From the NCBI GenBank assembly GCA_964035575.1, contig OZ037838.1:434001-498000 (forward strand): DNA of 64,000 nucleotides. Direction: 5' to 3'. Positions within the stretch are counted from its first letter, which is position 1. Each line of letters begins with the position of its first letter. Under the pieces are notes generated by a model, which was not told where the DNA came from, ran no database searches, and was given only the letters and a program-made list of their open reading frames with translations. Below, piece by piece: positions 58,749 to 64,000 of this stretch. This DNA comes from Rhynchopus sp. YZ270_cl-10 (lineage: Eukaryota). The position numbers and the translations under genes are program-made.

Positions 58749-60329
58749 TCACTGTTTCCCCTTCCCGGCCTTCCCGTTTCCCGGTGGGCCGGTCTTCTGT
58801 CCATGCGCTGCCGCACCGCCTTTGCCTCCCTTGTGTGATTTTGGAGGAGGGCGCGTCTGCACATACCGAGCCACTTCATGTCCCGGAGTCGACTGTGCGG
58901 TGGCACGGGTGATGTCCTTGCGAGGGACACGCTCTGACGCGAAAGCGTATTGTATGTGTAACTCCCGAAGAAGCATGTTGCCGAGGACGCGGTGGGGGGT
59001 GCCCTTCCACGACGGCGTCCACTCCGCAGCCAGTATCCACATACGCATCCACTGAAACGTCAACTGCAGGGCCGCCCCCCCCGGTCCATGCTTCAATCCA
59101 GACACAAAGTACTGGTTGAGCTCCAAGATGAGGCCCGCCGAGTCGTTGCGGATACGGTCCGCCCACTCCTCGACCGTCTCCGCCACCACTGGGTCTTTGA
59201 CCCACATGTCGAGCTCGTCTGTAGGTTGTGGGTTGGTGCGTGGTGGTAGCGGTCCGTTCTCAGCCACAGCATCGTGCCAGAGCCCGTCGTCCGCCACGTC
59301 CGTCTTTACCCGTGTGTAGGTGGGGGCCGTGTGTGTGTGTGTGTGTGATGAGGACTGCGACACCTTCAGTCGGTCCACCTCGGCTTGCAGCTCCCTCATC
59401 TGCACCTCCATCGAACTGTTGATGCCGCTCTGCAGGCGGGCATCTTCCTCCTGCTGCCGGTTCGCCTGGCGGAGGCGGGCAATCTCCGCGTCGCGCTGCG
59501 CAAGTGCGGCTTCTGCGGAACTCCGGATCGAGCTCGCCTCCTTCTCCGCCGCTTCTGCCTGGTGCCCCATCTTCTGGCGGGCCTGCTCTGTCTGATGCAG
59601 AGACAGCGCCACAATGCGCGTGTAGCGCCATCCGGCCACAGGCAACGCCACCAACTCATCACCTCCCTCATGGGGCACACAGCCCTCTGCGACGTTGTTG
59701 TAGCAACTGCTGCGCACAAGACCAAACACCTTATTCCCCAGGCCAACCAGCTTGCCTGCGTGGTGGAGGGTCTCCTTCCCTCCAGGGGGGTACCCGGAGA
59801 TCACCACCTCCTGCCCAAGGAGCACCTGCGCCTGCTCACCCAGCATCCATTCTTTCATCTGCTGGGGTGCGGGCACGTCGCCTTGACCGGCGGAGGCATG
59901 GGGTGTGCCCTTCCGCGCCTCCGCAAAAGCAAACTGACTCTTGGACCTGCAAACGGGCACAGGTTCCTCATCCGCCTCGTCAGAAGAAGAGCGAACCCTC
60001 AGGGCGTGGATGGCTCCCACCATCTTCATCAGATTCCAGTCCGGTCGCACATCGGCTTCGCAGAACTCACGCAGGTACACCGTCAACACATTCTCCGCGA
60101 CAGTGTCCCCCGTCCACGCTGCCACCACCGCCTCAAAGGTGCCACTGAGCACGCGGTACGGGTACGAAAACCGTTCCTTGAGGATGGCGGCGTGTTTCGG
60201 CGGGAAGCCAAGAGCGTCGGCGGACCCCTCGCCAGTTTGGGGGTTCCAGAAGAACCGCGCTCCTTCCTCTTCGGACTCAAACCGAGTACGCAGCTTCGCC
60301 AGTTCTTCGGGTAGCTCGCGGAGTGCCAT
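58749..60329 (-). CDS. gag-like ORF1 of the YR retrotransposon (526 aa)
   Basis: First ORF of the element, ATG in AAAAATG context, central coiled coil, basic Gly/Lys-rich C-terminus; assigned by position. Confidence 0.75.
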   Translation of the reverse strand: MALRELPEELAKLRTRFESEEEGARFFWNPQTGEGSADALGFPPKHAAILKERFSYPYRVLSGTFEAVVAAWTGDTVAENVLTVYLREFCEADVRPDWNLMKMVGAIHALRVRSSSDEADEEPVPVCRSKSQFAFAEARKGTPHASAGQGDVPAPQQMKEWMLGEQAQVLLGQEVVISGYPPGGKETLHHAGKLVGLGNKVFGLVRSSCYNNVAEGCVPHEGGDELVALPVAGWRYTRIVALSLHQTEQARQKMGHQAEAAEKEASSIRSSAEAALAQRDAEIARLRQANRQQEEDARLQSGINSSMEVQMRELQAEVDRLKVSQSSSHTHTHTAPTYTRVKTDVADDGLWHDAVAENGPLPPRTNPQPTDELDMWVKDPVVAETVEEWADRIRNDSAGLILELNQYFVSGLKHGPGGAALQLTFQWMRMWILAAEWTPSWKGTPHRVLGNMLLRELHIQYAFASERVPRKDITRATAQSTPGHEVARYVQTRPPPKSHKGGKGGAAAHGQKTGPPGNGKAGKGKQ

Positions 60330-60520
60330 TTTTAAATAAAAAATACAAAAGCTTTTACGACACAAAAAGCTGAAAGGGAAAACCACCCGAACCTAATTCA
60401 GTGATGGTACGTGGTTGGCGAGGAGGTTTCCCGTTGAACAACAACCCCAAAAAGCAAGGGGGGTTTTTGGGGGGTTACACGTTTTAGTTTCGGCTTTGCT
60501 ATTCCCTCGGTAAACCCCAA

Positions 60521-60744
60521 TACACAGTACACAGTACACAGTACACAGTACACAGTACACAGTACACAGTACACAGTACACAGTACACAGTACACAGTAC
60601 ACAGTACACAGTACACAGTACACAGTACACAGTACACAGTACACAGTACACAGTACACAGTACACAGTACACAGTACACAGTACACAGTACACAGTACAC
60701 AGTACACAGTACACAGTACACAGTACACAGTACACAGTACACAG
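60521..60744 (+). repeat. (TACACAG)32 array, right flank of the retrotransposon
   Basis: Read directly from the sequence. Confidence 0.97.
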
Positions 60745-61104
60745 CACTGTACAAGGCAAATGACCAAAATAGCTGATGTTTTGGCCGAATGCCACCCTAT
60801 CAGGAATATTTTCATGTATTCACACAATTTTTTTCTGGCCTCAATACCCCCAAACTACACGATTTTCGGTTCCGGCAAATTTTTGGAGTACCAACTATCG
60901 CGAAAAATGTCGATTTCTTGGGTGTCGTCCGCACATCTCTTTAGTAAAGACCAAGGCGTTGTAATTCATGTGTAATGGGGTGAAATGGGATGAAAGTGTG
61001 TGTAGGTGGGTGTTAGTGTGGTACCGCCGGGACACCCCATAAGGGGGGGTCATTTTTTAACGGCCCTAAGCGGTTTTTTGGTGGGCCACACAGAGACACA
61101 CGGT

Positions 61105-61800
61105 GGCCCATACGGACCTTCAGGGTACACGACGACTAAAGTAACGGGTGTTATGTGGTAATATAACATGTACTACATGTAAGTTACATGTGGTACAGGT
61201 GGCGAAATCAGGTGGTGGTACAATGGTTTTGGGGGTGGTTCTAGGCAGCGTTCGGCGGTGATTTCTGGTAAGACATAAAAAATCCTCAAAAATCGTCGTG
61301 AAATTTATGGGAGTTCTCGTGGGTTATTTACACATCGACCCACATGGAACATGATCACATGTAAGTTACATGTAATTTACGTGTAACGGTTTTTCACATG
61401 TAACATTACATGTGAAAAACACATGTAACTTACTTCACCGCCGTGTGCTCCCCAAACCCGGAGTACACCGCGCGGACCCTCACCTGTGACACATGTCACT
61501 TTACGTGTAAAATGACATGCCGTTTACATGTAAAAAAAGTCACATGTAAATCACAATGTCATGACGTTTACTTCACCGTCGTGTATTCGGGGTGCCCCCC
61601 AGAGGGTCCGTTGCACCACAACCGACTATGAGCAATGACAAGGGGGTATGACTAGTACACATGACAAGACTAAATAATGACAAGACCGTCACATGACAAG
61701 GCCTAACGCCACTCATTTCATACAGGGGTCTTGTCGTGAGTTAGTCTTGTCATGTAACTGCTCATGCACCTTGTCATATGACTAGTCACAGGTGGTAACT
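61105..61800. repeat. Region of short palindromes and hairpins (ACATGTAA, ATGACAAG/CTTGTCAT); probable degenerate MITEs
   Basis: Multiple ACATGT palindromes; imperfect inverted repeats 61110-61146/61566-61612 and 61660-61690/61727-61755; no TSD resolved. Confidence 0.5.
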
Positions 61801-62785
61801 AGTACGTTGTAGTCCATGGGCCATCATTCACACTCACGGTTTTCGGCAATAAAAGGGCCACCCCATTTGTACCTTGAGCTTGTTCTCGATCACAATAAAT
61901 CTATCTGTATAGCCAGAACAAGACCCCCCAGGCGGGGTCTGGGGGGCGGAGCCCCCCAGCGAAAATTTTTGACTTAACACTGGCTGTGCTTAGAAAACCC
62001 GAATTTTTTACCCTTGAAAAGTGCATTTGAGGAAGTCACAATGCGTCAAAACGAAAAGGTCGTTTTTGGCACTTTTAAAACCGGGCTCCGCTGAGTTCAC
62101 CATATTTTTGCTCGATTTATTTAGTGGAGTAACTATTACTTTATCGTATGTGTGGACAAAAATTTGGGACGGAGCGTAAGATAATTCCCTATGTATTTTC
62201 CTTAAGGAAAATACAGGCAAAAATCCAGGTAAAAATCACTTTGTACAGACTATGCCTGGCGGGCACAGGGTGTGTCAAAACCAAAAAAAAATTGCTCGAA
62301 TGGACGTTTCTGGGTTCCGGCATCTAGAGTCAAAAAAAATCTATTTTTTTTTTCGCGAAAATTTTTGACTTAACACTGGCTGTGCTTAGAAAACCCGAAT
62401 TTTTTACCCTTGAAAAGTGCATTTGAGGAAGTCACAATGCGTCAAAACGAAAAGGTCGTTTTTGGCACTTTTAAAACCGGGCTCCGCTGAGTTCACCATA
62501 TTTTTGCTCGATTTATTTAGTGGAGTAACTATTACTTTATCGTATGTGTGGACAAAAATTTGGGACGGAGCGTAAATAAAGAAGGGGGGGTATATCATTT
62601 TCAAAAAAGCGCGTTGCGTTCCCACTATCGTTTCCGCTGCGCTAGCGTTCCCACTCCATTCGGTTTCCTCTTACTTAGAGGGTCTTGGGTTTTTTTGCTG
62701 GTACCATGGGTTACATTCATCACCACTCCCCTTCCCCTCCACTGACACATCACTCAACAGAGGACGGGCCTCCCCTGGTCACACA

Positions 62786-63967
62786 TCACTCACTGTTGTG
62801 TGGGTGCAGATGCTGTGTCACAATGACGCCGTCTGATTGCGTAACCACAACAACACGTGAACACGGCGATATCGTAAATGCCCCCCCATTCTCGGTTTGC
62901 GACAGAACACGCACACAGGACATGGTCGCCACATCATACTGGTGCACGTATGACTTGTAATACTCGTAATCGGGGTAAATGCTGCTGCAATCGGTGTCCT
63001 CATCATCCGTATACCATATAAATTCCCCAACCTCTACCCCCACCACAAGGTACTTCCCACACGGGGTGAACTGCATGCCCCAGACCCCACCCACATCAAC
63101 ACCGCGAAGAGCCGCACCACTCCAATCATAGAGGTGCACGGTGCTATAGTCCACCACAGCAAAGACAGAGGCAGACCGTGAAAGCGCCACTTCACACGAC
63201 CTACCCGCAGGCACACATGCCACAGCTTCACCTGTGTTCACATCCCACAGACGTGCGCTGTCCTCACTGGAGGTGGTCACCCACCCACCACAGTCCGACA
63301 GTGCCAGGTCCTTGCACTCTTCATGCGAGAGAGAGCGGAGCAACGTCAGGTCTTCGTCATACACAGAGACGCCGTCTTTGCCCTTCGAGACAACAACACA
63401 GCCACACGCAAACACTGAGTGCAAGTCAACAACACCGCCACGTCCGTATGAAACCGAGGGGCCGTCGACTTTGCGGACCACCTCCCCACCCGGAAGCGCA
63501 ACCTCGAGAAGGCAATCCTTGCATGCCAGGTAGCAGCGTGTCTTGCACTGCGAGATGGCAGGTGGACCGAACACTTCATTGTCCACTTTGAACGAGAAGA
63601 CAGTTTCAAAGGTTTCTGTGTCGAAACCGCCAACGTGCCCACTCTTGTTACTGTGGATGCAGAGCGTTCCACAACGTGACAGCGTCAACGACATCGCTTG
63701 CGGCTCTGTAGTGTACTCAGTAGGACACTTGATGTCGGCCAAGCGAGGACAGGCAAGCACAACCTGCACCCCTGCATCAAACGCAGTGTCCTGCAGACGG
63801 CACGTCCCCTCCAGCACCTGCGTGCCGATGCGCATCTCGACAGACGCAGGCGAGACAGCAAGCGCCCTGCACGCAACCTCCTTTGCCGCTGCAACGTCCC
63901 CCTCGCACGGCACCTCCACTGTCGCAGTCATGCCTGACTCTTCCAGCACAAAGGTCACGTCCATCAT
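62786..63967 (-). CDS. UBL-propeller copy 13 (393 aa)
   Basis: Intact ORF, with a 10-aa internal duplication-like insertion (YGRGGVVDLH). Confidence 0.85.
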   Translation of the reverse strand: MMDVTFVLEESGMTATVEVPCEGDVAAAKEVACRALAVSPASVEMRIGTQVLEGTCRLQDTAFDAGVQVVLACPRLADIKCPTEYTTEPQAMSLTLSRCGTLCIHSNKSGHVGGFDTETFETVFSFKVDNEVFGPPAISQCKTRCYLACKDCLLEVALPGGEVVRKVDGPSVSYGRGGVVDLHSVFACGCVVVSKGKDGVSVYDEDLTLLRSLSHEECKDLALSDCGGWVTTSSEDSARLWDVNTGEAVACVPAGRSCEVALSRSASVFAVVDYSTVHLYDWSGAALRGVDVGGVWGMQFTPCGKYLVVGVEVGEFIWYTDDEDTDCSSIYPDYEYYKSYVHQYDVATMSCVRVLSQTENGGAFTISPCSRVVVVTQSDGVIVTQHLHPHNSE

Positions 63968-64000
63968 ATTGTTAAGGGGTCTGTTGTGTTTGATGTGATG

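Larger units (their letters stand above)
55829..60520 (-). mobile_element. Tyrosine-recombinase retrotransposon (DIRS order, TATE/VIPER-like), apparently full length
   Basis: Gene order gag-like, YR, RT-RNase H on the minus strand; sharp boundaries against the (TACACAG)n arrays. Confidence 0.9.
54624..62572 (-). mobile_element. TAA/TTA-TSD TIR element (long copy) hosting the satellites and the YR retrotransposon
   Basis: Reverse complement of the 46007-47490 ends; TAA on both sides; ~396-bp tandem duplication of the terminus at ~61960-62572. Confidence 0.8.
54246..62677. mobile_element. TSD-less TTTTATTG...CTTACTTA element, second full copy, with nested insertions
   Basis: Interrupts the conserved gene-flank sequence gggggtgtttt|gagggtcttggg seen intact at 3331-3352 and 31111-31132. 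Confidence 0.6.

Noticed and set aside
55911..63967. Diversity-generating retroelement (RT next to hypervariable genes)
   Set aside because: The RT is DIRS/TATE-type with RNase H and YR; no template-repeat/variable-repeat pair was seen, and variation includes indels and all four bases rather than adenine-specific changes
1..64000. tRNA, rRNA or spliced-leader RNA genes
   Set aside because: None recognised by eye; a covariance-model scan (tRNAscan-SE, Infernal/Rfam) would be needed to exclude them

Overview
Eukaryotic, repeat-rich genomic DNA. A euglenozoan protist (diplonemid- or kinetoplastid-like) is the most plausible source; this is inferred from intronless genes all on one strand plus a TATE/VIPER-type retroelement. 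The window is dominated by a dispersed array of 13 paralogous minus-strand genes (9 intact, 1 cut by the window edge, 3 pseudogenes, plus a fragment). They encode a nearly invariant N-terminal ubiquitin-like domain fused to a 7-bladed WD40-like beta-propeller whose predicted top-face loops are hypervariable and are shuffled between copies. Other minus-strand genes are a USB1-like 2H phosphodiesterase, an LRR (pseudo)gene, a secreted EGF/glycoside-hydrolase-like protein, a double-B-box coiled-coil protein and a His-rich repeat protein. Intergenic space is filled with deeply nested non-autonomous DNA transposons whose TIRs and TSDs can be read directly (hAT-, Harbinger-, MULE-, CACTA-, mariner-like, and a CATA-terminated 6-bp-TSD family). 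It also holds Crypton-like relics and 7-9-bp satellites sharing a CTG[G/T]GTA core. A ~4.7-kb tyrosine-recombinase retrotransposon (gag-like, YR, RT-RNase H) is inserted in phase inside a (TACACAG)n satellite. All family assignments come from motif recognition by eye; no database searches were run.
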